DNA from: Methanobacteriota archaeon
GTDB lineage: Archaea > Thermoplasmatota > Thermoplasmata > Thermoplasmatales > GCA-001856825
Length of the DNA stretch: 64,000 nt
NCBI GenBank assembly: GCA_017857235.1
Contig: JAFMDN010000002.1
Location: forward strand, 13,541 to 77,540
Direction of reading: 5' to 3'
The position numbers were made by a program, and so were the translations under genes. How positions within the stretch are numbered: position 1 is the stretch's first letter; the number at the start of each line of letters is the position of its first letter. This document shows, in pieces, positions 1-10,463 of this stretch. The notes beneath the pieces are model-generated. The model ran no database searches and had not been told where the DNA came from. It saw only the letters and a list, made by a program, of their open reading frames with translations.

Positions 1-1253
1 GGATTGGCTTCCGGTACGTTCAAGTTAGTAACTTTTCTTACTTCATCTATTAACCTTGTTTTATTTTTCCTTGCCTCCATTGAAGATTTTCTTACTATTT
101 CATGCGCATCCTGTCTACTATATCCCTTAGATACGAGGAACATTATGTAAGCTTCTCCCATTATCAGATCATTCATCATTAGGTTTCTTAACATTCTATC
201 TTTATTAACTTTTAAATTTGAAAATACGTAGTTTGTTTTCAGCATTATATCATCTATCAATATTGAAACATATGGAATTATGAACCGTTCAGAGGCACTG
301 TTTGTCAAATCCCTTTCGTGCCATAGAATTGCAGATTCATGCATGGGGGTTAAAAAACCTCTTATAATTCTTGCCAGAGAGCAGACGTTTTCCGAAATTA
401 TTGGATTCATTTTTTGAGCCATGGTACTTGATCCAACTTGTTTCTCTTCATCAAAAGGTTCCTGAACTTCATCTATCTCTGGCCTCTGGAGGTTCCTAAT
501 CTCAGTTGCGAATTTCTCTAAAGAAGTTGCTATTCCAGCTATTATAGATACGTATTCAACATACCTATCCCTATTAACAATTTGAGTAGGCCCTTCCTCT
601 ATTCCAAGGCCTAAGCTTTGCATTAGATTTTCCTGAACCTCTAAGGTCTTCTTTCCCAGTGCCGCTCCCGTCCCGACTGCACCCATAAACTTTCCTACTA
701 ATATCCTCTTTTTCGCCTCAACTAGCCTCTCGTGATGTCTCATGATCTCACTTAAAAATACTGAGACCTTGAGACCAAATGTTATAGGGAGTGCATGCTG
801 GCCATGGGTCCTTCCTATCATGGGTGTATCTTTGTGAGTCTTGGCAAGTAAGTAAAGGGTTTTTTCTAATTTTAAGAAATCCTCCTCAAAAAAAGCCAAA
901 AAATCCTTTATTTGCAAAGCTGTTGCTGTATCATTTATGTCATTACTTGTAGCGCCTAAATGAACGTATTTGCCTGCATCACCAGATATATTTGACAATT
1001 CTTTTACCACGGCCATTATATCATGACTTATCTCTGATTCTATTTCCTTCACTCTATCCAGCTTAACATATTCTGTCTTAGCCTTTTCTGAAATTATTTC
1101 AGCCGCGCTTTTAGGTATTAAGCCTAATTTCGCTTCTGTCCTAGAGATTTCACTTTCTACCTTCAGTAGATATTTCAGCCTGCCTTCTTCTGAAAATATT
1201 TCTTTTACCTCTTTCCTGCCATACCTGTAATCTATGGGTGAAACAATCACCAT
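1..1253 (-). CDS. purB: adenylosuccinate lyase (3' end runs off window start)
   Basis: Hand translation from ATG at 1253: MVIVSPIDYRYGRKEVKEIFSEE..., with HLGATSNDI, GRTHGQHA and the fumarate-lyase signature GSSTMAQKMNP. Not in the ORF track because it is truncated. Confidence 0.93.
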   Translation of the reverse strand, partial: MVIVSPIDYRYGRKEVKEIFSEEGRLKYLLKVESEISRTEAKLGLIPKSAAEIISEKAKTEYVKLDRVKEIESEISHDIMAVVKELSNISGDAGKYVHLGATSNDINDTATALQIKDFLAFFEEDFLKLEKTLYLLAKTHKDTPMIGRTHGQHALPITFGLKVSVFLSEIMRHHERLVEAKKRILVGKFMGAVGTGAALGKKTLEVQENLMQSLGLGIEEGPTQIVNRDRYVEYVSIIAGIATSLEKFATEIRNLQRPEIDEVQEPFDEEKQVGSSTMAQKMNPIISENVCSLARIIRGFLTPMHESAILWHERDLTNSASERFIIPYVSILIDDIMLKTNYVFSNLKVNKDRMLRNLMMNDLIMGEAYIMFLVSKGYSRQDAHEIVRKSSMEARKNKTRLIDEVRKVTNLNVPEAN

Positions 1254-1305
1254 TTGCCATGTAAAAATGATTATTTACTTTTTCCATAATTTACTTCTCA
1301 AATCA

Positions 1306-2511
1306 TCACAATAGACTTAGAATGGAGATTGCCCCTATGAAAATTATTATCGCACCGGTAAAGATTAAAACGTACTTCCTCTTTTTGCTTATGACATAAT
1401 TTCCCATTATGCTTGCATCGCTTGAAATATTTATTATTACATATAAAGGAAACGCAAGAACTATGGAGTTTATCACCATTATAGTTAAAGCTAATTGTAT
1501 CAAAAATTTATAATACAATACAATGAAAGCAGCTGGGATTATTTCAACAAAATATATAGAATAAAAGACAATATTTTCCTTTAATGATGCATTAAAGGAC
1601 CCTCTTATCTTTAGTGCATCGCTCATTGCGTAGCTCATGCTCATAGATATTACCAATAAAGCTAGGAAACTTGCAATCAAGAGTGCCAAAGCAAATAAAT
1701 AAACGAACCAAACTCCTACTGCTTCGACGAATACCTTTTGAAGGAATGATAAACCATCTTCGGTATTTGAATATCCAAACTGACTAACTCTCCAGGAAAA
1801 TATGACTATGGATATCATAAGAAGCTCCGAAAAAAAGGCCCCTAAAATAGTACCTTTATTCTCTCTGTCAAGATTGCTTACATTTATTCCTCGATCTACA
1901 TCTGCTGACTGATGATAGAATAGCATCCATGGCATTATCACCGCACCTATATTTGCAGCAACCAACAAAAGAAATGATGAACTCGGAGAATATAGGATTA
2001 AATCTTGAGGTCTCACGACAGCTGGATGAATGAAAATATCAAGTATGGGAAATATAAAAAGTATGAATGATATAATAACTAACTTCCTTTCGATTTGAAT
2101 GTACCTGCCTGATAATATTATAAGAGTGTGAAACACAAGTATTAACAATATTGTCAATAGTACTGGTATTCCTAACATTAGGCTGGCTATGGATGCGCTG
2201 GCGAATTCTCCAATATATGCGGCAAAATCTATGATTCCCGTGGATAAAACTGTAAGAATTGTATATCCGTGACCGAACCGTTCAGAAATAATTTTCCCAA
2301 GAGATTTTCTTGTTACTGCCCCTATTCTGGAAGATGTGGATTGAATTAGATAAAGGGGAATTATTAGAATCAAAAGAAGTAATATAAGCTTCCCTTGAAA
2401 TTGAATGCCTGATTCAACGGCAGTAATTACTGATGGCCCGTCTAAATCTGCCATCATTACAACCCAGCCTGGCCCAAGTATGGGCAATAGTCTTTTCAAT
2501 TTAGGATTCAT
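1306..2511 (-). CDS. mntH: NRAMP-family divalent metal transporter (non-canonical metal site)
   Basis: Many TM segments; LGPG..MADLDGPS in TM1, GAVIMPW in TM6, IMG near the C-terminus; directly downstream of a DtxR-family gene. Confidence 0.8.
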   Translation of the reverse strand: MNPKLKRLLPILGPGWVVMMADLDGPSVITAVESGIQFQGKLILLLLILIIPLYLIQSTSSRIGAVTRKSLGKIISERFGHGYTILTVLSTGIIDFAAYIGEFASASIASLMLGIPVLLTILLILVFHTLIILSGRYIQIERKLVIISFILFIFPILDIFIHPAVVRPQDLILYSPSSSFLLLVAANIGAVIMPWMLFYHQSADVDRGINVSNLDRENKGTILGAFFSELLMISIVIFSWRVSQFGYSNTEDGLSFLQKVFVEAVGVWFVYLFALALLIASFLALLVISMSMSYAMSDALKIRGSFNASLKENIVFYSIYFVEIIPAAFIVLYYKFLIQLALTIMVINSIVLAFPLYVIINISSDASIMGNYVISKKRKYVLIFTGAIIIFIGAISILSLL

Positions 2512-3129
2512 TCACATCAATCTGATAGATCTAGCTAGTTTCAAATTTACTTCAGTTTTGCCATTGGGACCTGAAATTTCCCATCCTTTATCATATTTAG
2601 TAATCATTACCTCTGTTCCTGGAAAGATGAAATTACTTGCAAGATTCCTTAAAAGTGTATGATCCTCATAGGTTATCCTTTTTAATTTATATTTTCCATC
2701 ACCAACTTCATTCAAATTTATCTCATTGCCCTTCTCTTCTGGATTAATAGGATTCCCATGAGGACATGTTAAAGGATTACCCATATTTTTCCACAATTTA
2801 TCCATGAGAATATCCTTTAAACTGTGCTCAAATTCCATTACTTCTTCATGAGCATCTTGCCAGGGGACTTCCAACATTTTATAAACAAAAAGTTCCGCAA
2901 TCCTATGATTCATAATTATCCTCTTTGCAATTTGGTAGCCTATTTCCGTAAATTTTACACCCTCTTTTTCAAATGTAATGAAACCCATAGATTTCAATCT
3001 ATGCAATTCTTCCCAAGCTGTTGGCACTGACGTTTTTAACCTCTCACCTACATCCTTGATTAATACCCTATCATTTGTTTCCATAATTTCCCATACAGCT
3101 AGGATGTAGTCCTCATAGTTTTTTTTCAT
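2512..3129 (-). CDS. DtxR/MntR-family metal-dependent transcriptional regulator with C-terminal FeoA-like domain
   Basis: EDYIL start, wHTH, HRIAELF, EH and CPHGNPI motifs typical of DtxR/IdeR. Confidence 0.9.
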   Translation of the reverse strand: MKKNYEDYILAVWEIMETNDRVLIKDVGERLKTSVPTAWEELHRLKSMGFITFEKEGVKFTEIGYQIAKRIIMNHRIAELFVYKMLEVPWQDAHEEVMEFEHSLKDILMDKLWKNMGNPLTCPHGNPINPEEKGNEINLNEVGDGKYKLKRITYEDHTLLRNLASNFIFPGTEVMITKYDKGWEISGPNGKTEVNLKLARSIRLM

Positions 3130-3136
3130 TTTCCGG

Positions 3137-3156
3137 TAATTAGGTTACCCTAATTA
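3137..3156. promoter_or_regulatory. putative DtxR/IdeR operator (TAATTAGG-ttac-CCTAATTA)
   Basis: Perfect 8-bp inverted repeat with TTAGG/CCTAA arms, 8-27 nt upstream of the regulator ATG, overlapping the TATA-like element. Confidence 0.75.
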
Positions 3157-3276
3157 AATTTTTATTAGAAATCTGAAGGAGAAGCTAATTTTTAATTCTA
3201 TCTTATTTATATTTAATTTCAATGAGAAAATACTATGATAATTGCCGGAATCTGATGAGAAGAATAAATTAAAAAA

Positions 3277-4155
3277 TTAAGATTTGTCCATTAAGTTCGA
3301 TAGCAATCTATATATTGCAGAAAAATCTAATTTTCCTAATCCGGCATTAACTCCCATTGTATATACCTGTTCAGCCAGTGGTGTTAAAATCAAGGGGAAT
3401 GTCAATCTCCTAGCAAGCTCAGTTGCATAACTAATGTCCTTCCTTTCGTGTTCTAAATTGAATAATGGCTCGAACTCATTTTTCAATATATTATTTTTCT
3501 TAAGTTCAAGTACTTTCGAAGAAGCTGAACCCGTGGAAAGTACCTTAATCTGGATTTCGGGGTTAATCCCAAGGAACTCTCCAAATTTTATAGCTTCAGA
3601 TAATATCAGCATATTTACGCCAAGTATTATATTATTTATCATTTTCATTTTTATACCACTTCCAGTAGGCCCAATATAAATTATGTTTTTTCCCATAGCA
3701 CTGAATATTTTTTTGGCCTTTTCAAATGTATCCAGTTTACCGCCAACCATTATGGTAAGTTCTCCTTTTTCAGCTGCAGGTACTGATCCTGTAACTGGTG
3801 CATCTAAGAATTCAGCACCTTTTCCTTCTACCATTTTTGCAATTTCTTCTGTTACAATGGGTGAAATGGTGCTCATATCAATATATATTTTGCCTGGACC
3901 TAATCCAGATAGGATGCCATCTGGTCCTTGGAAAAGCGATCTAACTGCCTCAGAATCAGTCAACATAGTTATCGTAACTTTACTATTTTCTGCGACCTCC
4001 CTCGGTGTTTTTGCTATTTTAAATTCTATATCTCCAAGTAGGTTGTATTTTTCTTTGGATCTATTAAAGACGATGACGTTGTACCCAGCTTTTTGAATAT
4101 TTTTAATCATTGGTATGCCCATCTTACCTAAACCTATAAAACCAACATTCTCCAT
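3277..4155 (-). CDS. 3-hydroxyisobutyrate dehydrogenase / tartronate semialdehyde reductase family oxidoreductase
   Basis: GFIGLGKMG Rossmann motif, DMSTISP, LDAPVTGS, catalytic K in KMINN. Confidence 0.88.
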   Translation of the reverse strand: MENVGFIGLGKMGIPMIKNIQKAGYNVIVFNRSKEKYNLLGDIEFKIAKTPREVAENSKVTITMLTDSEAVRSLFQGPDGILSGLGPGKIYIDMSTISPIVTEEIAKMVEGKGAEFLDAPVTGSVPAAEKGELTIMVGGKLDTFEKAKKIFSAMGKNIIYIGPTGSGIKMKMINNIILGVNMLILSEAIKFGEFLGINPEIQIKVLSTGSASSKVLELKKNNILKNEFEPLFNLEHERKDISYATELARRLTFPLILTPLAEQVYTMGVNAGLGKLDFSAIYRLLSNLMDKS

Positions 4156-4203
4156 GCAGTGGTATTACAAGAATATTTAATAAATTAATGCAATAATACC
4201 GAT

Positions 4204-4839
4204 ATGGAATTGGGATACCCTTATGTACACATAAATTTTGCCTGCTCTCTTGATGGTAAAATAGCCATGCCAGATGGCAAACCCTACAAATTTTCATCTT
4301 TTGAGGATATGGTTAGGGTGCATAAATTGCGGTCTGAAGTGGATGCAATATTGGTAGGAAAAAATACAATAAAGAATGATGATCCAAAGCTCACAATTAA
4401 TCCAAAATACTATAATTCAGATAAAATACCAAAGGCTATAATATTAGACAGTAAATTGGAATTGAGCAAAGACTACAGGGTTTTCAATTTCAATAGGGAG
4501 GTAATTATTTTTACCACGGTGAGTGAAGTTAAAGATATAGATGGTAATATCAGATATGTTTCATCTAAAGGCAACCCATTGACTATTGATTTCATATTGA
4601 AAAAATCAAAGGAGTTAGGAATACATAAAATTCTAGTGGAGGGTGGGAAAACAGTCATAAGTAATTTTTTGAAGTCTAATCTGTGGGATATCTTGACAAT
4701 ATATTATTCACCAATTTTAATTGGCGAAAATGGGATAAATTTTTATGGAGAGGGACTGCTCAAGCTCGATGATATCAAAGTGGAAAATTTTTCGGATGGT
4801 TTCCTTCTGACCGCTGTTAACGTGAATAAGAGCCAATAA
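4204..4839 (+). CDS. RibD C-terminal-type pyrimidine reductase (2,5-diamino-6-ribosylamino-4(3H)-pyrimidinone 5'-phosphate reductase)
   Basis: SLDGKIA, VHKLR..DAILVG..T...DDP, LVEGG motifs. Confidence 0.85.
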   Translation: MELGYPYVHINFACSLDGKIAMPDGKPYKFSSFEDMVRVHKLRSEVDAILVGKNTIKNDDPKLTINPKYYNSDKIPKAIILDSKLELSKDYRVFNFNREVIIFTTVSEVKDIDGNIRYVSSKGNPLTIDFILKKSKELGIHKILVEGGKTVISNFLKSNLWDILTIYYSPILIGENGINFYGEGLLKLDDIKVENFSDGFLLTAVNVNKSQ

Positions 4840-4899
4840 TCAACTTTTAACTAAATTTATATTGGAAAATTCTAATTAGTTTCATAGATTAACCATTAT

Positions 4900-6114
4900 A
4901 TGAATGAGGGATTCAATAAAATTAAATGGGCAGAAGAATGGATGAAAGTTATTGCAAGGATAAGGGAAGAATTCAGAAAAGAAAAACCATTTGAAGGTAT
5001 GAAAATAAGTATGGCTATGCACCTTGAGGCCAAAACGGCCGTACTTGCACTTACATTGAAGGAGGGAGGTGCCCAAGTTAGTGTAGCTGGCTGCAACCCT
5101 TTATCCACTGATGATGATGTTGCCAAATCATTAAAGGATGATTTTGATCTCGATGTTCATGCTTGGAGAGGAATGACTAGCACAGAATACTATGAAAATT
5201 TGAAGAAAGTTTTATCGATAGAACCCCACATTATTATAGATGATGGTGGAGACTTAACAACTCTCGCTATAAAAAATAGTGAATATTCTAAAAACTTGAT
5301 TGGAGGTAACGAAGAAACCACTACTGGTGTATTAAGGCTGAAAAGCATGGAGAAGGCCGGAGTGCTTAAATTTCCAATGTTTGATGTAAATGATGCTTTA
5401 ATGAAGCATCTTTTTGATAACAGGTATGGAACAGGTCAGAGTACCTTGGATGGGATTATGAATTCCACCAACCTGATTATCGCTGGGAAAAAAGTCGTTG
5501 TTGCAGGGTACGGTTGGTGCGGAAAAGGCATAGCTAACAGGATGAAAGGTATGGGGGCTGTTGTTTTTGTTACTGAGGTTGACCCATTTAAAGCCATCGA
5601 AGCGAAGATGGACGGATTCACAGTTATGCCTATGGAAGAGGCTATTAAAGATGCTGATCTTGTGGTAACTGCTACAGGGGTAAAGGATGTTGTCACTTTG
5701 GAGCATATAAAAAGTGCTAAAGATGGGATAATTCTAGCAAATGCTGGGCACTTTAATAACGAAGTTGCAGTGGAAGAATTCGAAAAGGTAACAAAAGGTA
5801 TTGAAGTAAGAAGGAATGTAAAAAAATACAACCTATTTAATAAAAAAGTTTTTGTACTAGCCGATGGGAGACTTGTTAATTTAGCAGCAGGGCAGGGGCA
5901 TCCTGTTGAAATAATGGATTTATCTTTCTCAATTCAAGCACTAACTGCCCGGTATTTAGCTAAAAATGAACCAAGAGAGCCTAAAGTTTACCCTGTTCCA
6001 GAGGAAGTAGACAGACGGGTTGCCGAAATTTTCCTAAAGGTTAATGGAATTGAGATAGATAAATTGACAGAGGAGCAGATTAAATACATAAATTCCTGGG
6101 AAGAGGGTACATAA
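4900..6114 (+). CDS. ahcY: adenosylhomocysteinase
   Basis: HLEAKTA, CNPLST, DDGGD, EETTTG, KHLFDNRYGTGQS, GYGWCG, GHP.EIMD. Confidence 0.97.
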   Translation: MNEGFNKIKWAEEWMKVIARIREEFRKEKPFEGMKISMAMHLEAKTAVLALTLKEGGAQVSVAGCNPLSTDDDVAKSLKDDFDLDVHAWRGMTSTEYYENLKKVLSIEPHIIIDDGGDLTTLAIKNSEYSKNLIGGNEETTTGVLRLKSMEKAGVLKFPMFDVNDALMKHLFDNRYGTGQSTLDGIMNSTNLIIAGKKVVVAGYGWCGKGIANRMKGMGAVVFVTEVDPFKAIEAKMDGFTVMPMEEAIKDADLVVTATGVKDVVTLEHIKSAKDGIILANAGHFNNEVAVEEFEKVTKGIEVRRNVKKYNLFNKKVFVLADGRLVNLAAGQGHPVEIMDLSFSIQALTARYLAKNEPREPKVYPVPEEVDRRVAEIFLKVNGIEIDKLTEEQIKYINSWEEGT

Positions 6115-6226
6115 TTTTTATCTCTACAAATGCAGATTCAATAATAAGCAAAATATTTAATTTATTCCTTATATATTTTTTAGGGGAATTCGCAAAATCA
6201 TATATATATAAAACTCATAGAAGTCT

Positions 6227-7285
6227 GTGCCCTTCGAAAAGCTAACAGAAATGATATTGCCACGCATTGTTATAGGTGGTCATGGAGCTATTGAAAAAAT
6301 AGGAGAGGTCTATGAAAAGGTTGGAGGGGCAAAAAAGTGTGTAATTGTTACAGGTGATGTGACTTCAAAATTGGCAGGAAATAAAGTATTTGAAATTTTA
6401 AGTTCAATGAATATTGACATAAAAATTATCAATGTCGGAAAAGCAACTGATGAAAATGTTGAGATGGTAAAATCTGAAGCAAAAAAATTTGGTGCTGAAA
6501 CTATAATAGGTGTAGGAGGGGGGACAAAGATTGATATTTCAAAGAAAGCTTCTTTTGACCTTGGCATTGATTTTATATCTGTCCCCACGTCAGCAAGCCA
6601 CGATGGAGTTGCATCGCCAAGGGCATCCATAATTAGAAATGGGATATCAGTGTCTGTAGAAGCGAATATGCCCGTGGCAATAGTAGCGGATACTGAAATT
6701 ATGGTCAAAGCACCTTTTAGATACCTTGCCTCAGGGGCAGCCGATGTGCTTTCCAACATTACAGCAGTAAAGGATTGGGCTTTAGCACACAGACTTAAAG
6801 GGGAAAGAATTAGCAACTCCGCTATGATGATATCAGAATTTGCGGCGAAGGAAATAATAAATAATGCTTCTCAGATTAAACCAAATCTGGAAGAAAGTGT
6901 CTGGTTTGTTATGAAGCAAATAGCTTATTCAGGAATAGCAATGAGCATTGCCGGATCTTCCAGACCTGCTTCTGGATCAGAGCATATGTTTGCACATGCT
7001 GTGGAAGCATTGGGTAAAAGCCAAGCACTGCATGGTGAACTTTGTGGCATTGGTACGATAATATCAATGTACCTTCATGGTGGAGACTGGAAAATGATAA
7101 AAGATACCTTAGAGAAAATAGGAGCTCCAACTCAATTTAAACAGGTAGGTCTGACAGAAGAAGAGGGTGTTCAAGCTCTTATGATGGCTCATAAAATAAG
7201 GCCAGATAGATATACTATTTTGGGAGAAAATGGCCTAAGCGAGGCTGCTGCTAGAGAGGCCGTAAGAATAACAGGGGTGGTATAA
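6227..7285 (+). CDS. egsA: sn-glycerol-1-phosphate dehydrogenase
   Basis: GGG..ID, PTSASHDG.ASP, SSRPASGSEH, HGE, RYTIL. Confidence 0.95.
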   Translation: MPFEKLTEMILPRIVIGGHGAIEKIGEVYEKVGGAKKCVIVTGDVTSKLAGNKVFEILSSMNIDIKIINVGKATDENVEMVKSEAKKFGAETIIGVGGGTKIDISKKASFDLGIDFISVPTSASHDGVASPRASIIRNGISVSVEANMPVAIVADTEIMVKAPFRYLASGAADVLSNITAVKDWALAHRLKGERISNSAMMISEFAAKEIINNASQIKPNLEESVWFVMKQIAYSGIAMSIAGSSRPASGSEHMFAHAVEALGKSQALHGELCGIGTIISMYLHGGDWKMIKDTLEKIGAPTQFKQVGLTEEEGVQALMMAHKIRPDRYTILGENGLSEAAAREAVRITGVV

Positions 7286-7289
7286 TTCA

Positions 7290-7712
7290 ATGATAATAAC
7301 TTTGGTTCCCCAGTACCTTGCTAAAGAGGGCTCAGAATTTTTTTTCATAGGACCTTTGAAGGAATGTGGGACATGCAATTTAAAAAATGTTTGTTATAAT
7401 CTAAAACCTAACAAACAATACAAAGTGGTAAAATCTAGAGAAAAGGAACATAAATGTTTCATTCATCCCAATAACAAAGTAATCACAGTAGAAGTCGAAG
7501 AGATGCATAGACAAGTTATGGTGCCAAGGAAATATGCAAAGGAAGGTGCGATTATCTCATATAAAAGGGTTGAATGTGATAATATTAAGTGCCCGTTTTC
7601 TTCCATCTGTATATTTAACTCAGTTCCGGAAGATGCGAAGCTGAAAATCTTAACAATAAAAAGTGGAAAATGCCCCCTGAATTTTGGTTTGGTAGAGGCA
7701 GAAGTTGAATGA
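7290..7712 (+). CDS. UPF0179 family protein
   Basis: ITL..G..F.F.G...C..C.LK..C pattern; position next to egsA. Confidence 0.85.
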   Translation: MIITLVPQYLAKEGSEFFFIGPLKECGTCNLKNVCYNLKPNKQYKVVKSREKEHKCFIHPNNKVITVEVEEMHRQVMVPRKYAKEGAIISYKRVECDNIKCPFSSICIFNSVPEDAKLKILTIKSGKCPLNFGLVEAEVE

Positions 7713-8893
7713 GTAATCAAATAGGTATAATCGGTAAACCCAATGTTGGAAAGAGTACACTATTCTCTGCCCTCACTGAAAATATTGTCGGAATTGGAAA
7801 TTATCCATTTACAACAATCCAATCTAATATTGGAGTTGCTTATGTAAGGGTAAAATGCCCACATATAGAGATAGGGAAAAGTTGCAATCCAAAATTTGGA
7901 AAATGTGAAAATGGTATAAGGTATGTACCAGTACAAATTATAGATGTGGCTGGACTAGTACCTGATGCCCACCTTGGAAAGGGTCTCGGAAATAAGTTTC
8001 TTGATGACCTTAGGAAGGCTGAAGGATTCATACAGGTGGTTGATTCCACAGGTTCTCTCGATAGACAGGGAAACTTTGTTGGATTCGGAAAATTTGACCC
8101 TATGGACGATTATGAATTTGTCCATAAAGAGATAGTAATGTGGATAGCTGGAATAATTGGAGATAATATACAAAAAGGCCTCAGAAAGATAGAATCAGAG
8201 GGGGGAAAAGTTGAAGAATTAATTCACCAGAAAGTAGCAGGACTGGGCATAGATGAAAAGACGACTGCCATGGCCGTAAAAAATGCCGGAATACCTTCTA
8301 ATTTGAAAAATTGGACAGATGAGGATACTATGAGAATTGCAGAAGAACTGATAAAATATTCAAAACCATCTATGATAGTTGGAACTAAGGCTGATCAGCT
8401 TTCCCCTGAGCAACTTAATATATTGAAATCTAGAGGCATTTTTTTAGTGTCAGGAGATTATGAACTCGCTTTGAAAAAGGCAAGTAAAACCGGATTGATA
8501 AAATATAATCCGGGCGATAATGATTTTACAATTATAGATGAGACCAAATTGAACAATCAACAGAGAGATGCCCTAGAAAAGATAAGGAAGTTCATGAAAA
8601 TGAATGGAGGTACCGGTGTGCAGCAGGCTCTTGAACATATGGTATATGATGTATTAAATTACATCGTAGTTTATCCAGTAGAGGATGAGTCTCACTGGAC
8701 CGATAAATCAGGTAATATTCTTCCAGATGCCATACTAATGAAGAAAGGTTCCACGGCACTTGATTTGGCTTATAAAATACATACAGATTTAGGTGAAAAC
8801 TTTATTAGGGCCATAAATGGTAGAACTAAGAGAATACTTGGGAAAGAATATGTTTTGAACAATGGAGATATAATTAAAATTGTTGCACATTAA
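7709..8893 (+). CDS. ychF: YchF/Obg-like ATPase/GTPase with TGS domain
   Basis: GKPNVGKST, NYPFTTI, DVAGLV, GLGNKFLDDLR, C-terminal TGS (AYKIHTDL). Confidence 0.92.
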   Translation: MSNQIGIIGKPNVGKSTLFSALTENIVGIGNYPFTTIQSNIGVAYVRVKCPHIEIGKSCNPKFGKCENGIRYVPVQIIDVAGLVPDAHLGKGLGNKFLDDLRKAEGFIQVVDSTGSLDRQGNFVGFGKFDPMDDYEFVHKEIVMWIAGIIGDNIQKGLRKIESEGGKVEELIHQKVAGLGIDEKTTAMAVKNAGIPSNLKNWTDEDTMRIAEELIKYSKPSMIVGTKADQLSPEQLNILKSRGIFLVSGDYELALKKASKTGLIKYNPGDNDFTIIDETKLNNQQRDALEKIRKFMKMNGGTGVQQALEHMVYDVLNYIVVYPVEDESHWTDKSGNILPDAILMKKGSTALDLAYKIHTDLGENFIRAINGRTKRILGKEYVLNNGDIIKIVAH

Positions 8894-9582
8894 CTTTGTT
8901 TAATATTTGAATAGAGTTCCAATAATTCCTTTGGCGTTAATTCCTCTGGCCTCTTATGTGGAAAATTTGGGCCTCCCAATATAGTTGAAATCATTTTCCT
9001 TCTTTCTGAGAATAATTTTTTTAGGAATTCATCGAATCCTTCCGGTAAGTTATTGTTGCTAGGCTCTAAATGAAGTACAGTACTCTGTACCTTTGGAGCT
9101 GGCAAAAAGTTTCCAGGTGAAACATCAAAACATTTTTTAATTTTGAATCTGAGCTGCATACCAACGGATAATCTAGAATAATCACCATTGCCAGGGGAAG
9201 CTAGTATTCTCTTAGCAACCTCCTTCTGAACCATCACAACTCCCTCCTCAAAATTTTTGTGTTGAAGTTTTTCCAAAATTGGTGTTGAAATGTTATAGGG
9301 CAAGTTTGAAATAAAGATTTGAAAATCTGGCCATTGAATCTTCAGAGCATCACCTACTATTAAAGTAGAATTGGGAAACCTTCCTAATAAATATTGCCTG
9401 AAATCTTCTTGCAACTCTATAAGATAAAGCTCTTTGTAACCATTTATAAATTTAGTTAAGGATCCAGAACCCGGTCCAACTTCCAGAACAATTTTATCTT
9501 TAACATTTACACAACTGACAATCCTCCTAGCAATTTCATCATTTATTAAAATATGCGTTCCTGTACTTTTACCTACCTTCAT
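8890..9582 (-). CDS. rsmA: 16S rRNA adenine dimethyltransferase KsgA/Dim1
   Basis: LEVGPGSG, SNLPYNIS, MVQKEVA, F.PAPKVQS, RPEEL. Confidence 0.92.
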   Translation of the reverse strand: MKVGKSTGTHILINDEIARRIVSCVNVKDKIVLEVGPGSGSLTKFINGYKELYLIELQEDFRQYLLGRFPNSTLIVGDALKIQWPDFQIFISNLPYNISTPILEKLQHKNFEEGVVMVQKEVAKRILASPGNGDYSRLSVGMQLRFKIKKCFDVSPGNFLPAPKVQSTVLHLEPSNNNLPEGFDEFLKKLFSERRKMISTILGGPNFPHKRPEELTPKELLELYSNIKQS

Positions 9583-10136
9583 CTTGCAACAAATATTTTG
9601 TATTTTTCGTCCTTATTTTTCAATTCTCTCAATATCCTTTCCACGATCATTTTTTCTGGATCTCTAAGCCCTTTTACCCTTGATTTCAAGTCCTGGAAAT
9701 CCTTAAATGGGCCCTTCTTGCGCTCATCTAATATCTCCCACATTATGTTCTTTCCCACACCATACAATAGGTCTAGTTGATGAAGCCTGTTTGTTATGGG
9801 CCCGGCAGTATTAAAGAAATTAATAAACCTCTCTTGATTGTTCTCCACTATCATTCTAAGCACATATTCCAGTTCATTTTGAGCACCGGGGGTTAATTGA
9901 TTGTAATTTATTCTTCCTCTCACACTTTCTATTTTATCTCGCTTATTTTTATCTTTTCCTATATAAACCCTATCTCCTATGGTTAGAACAGCACCTTGCT
10001 TGGGTACGAGTTCCAACAATTTTAGATTCTTCTCACCTATAGCCAAAGCTAATGGCACTCTCTTATAGATCTTCTCTTCTAATCTCCCCTGGGGAAGTAT
10101 ATCTAATATGTATGCGTAATCGTCAAATTCGTCCAA
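9579..10136 (-). CDS. DUF655 domain putative nucleic-acid-binding protein
   Basis: AYILD..P.G, LLELV, RLHQLDLL.GVG helix-hairpin-helix; conserved position between rpoF and ksgA. Confidence 0.88.
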   Translation of the reverse strand: MDEFDDYAYILDILPQGRLEEKIYKRVPLALAIGEKNLKLLELVPKQGAVLTIGDRVYIGKDKNKRDKIESVRGRINYNQLTPGAQNELEYVLRMIVENNQERFINFFNTAGPITNRLHQLDLLYGVGKNIMWEILDERKKGPFKDFQDLKSRVKGLRDPEKMIVERILRELKNKDEKYKIFVAR

Positions 10137-10142
10137 AAGAAA

Positions 10143-10463
10143 TCACCTATACTTTCCAACTACATCAAGAATCTTTTTTCCGAGTTCGGAGTCCAGGTTG
10201 GAAAGATGAGGATATACTATTGCTCTTAACTCATCTATATTATTTGGTAAAATATCAACTATCTTTACAGAAACAAATTCACTCAAACCTAAAGCCATGA
10301 GCTCATCTTTTAATTTTATTGCATCCTTTGATGATAGCTTTGCAGTTTTCTGGAGATGCTTCAAAGATTCCTTTTGCATATCATTCAATTGTGTTTCCTT
10401 GGAGAGATTCTCTAAATACTCTTTCGCCACAGACGATGGAATATAATTTATTTTCATACTCAC
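10143..10463 (-). CDS. rpo4: RNA polymerase subunit F (Rpo4)
   Basis: KIVDILP...DELRAI motif; synteny with L21e. Confidence 0.9.
   Translation of the reverse strand: MSMKINYIPSSVAKEYLENLSKETQLNDMQKESLKHLQKTAKLSSKDAIKLKDELMALGLSEFVSVKIVDILPNNIDELRAIVYPHLSNLDSELGKKILDVVGKYR

Noticed and set aside
3160-3276. C/D-box-like words (CTGA, TGATGA) suggesting an sRNA
   Set aside because: Box order and spacing do not fit a C-D'-C'-D architecture, and I could not identify a guide.
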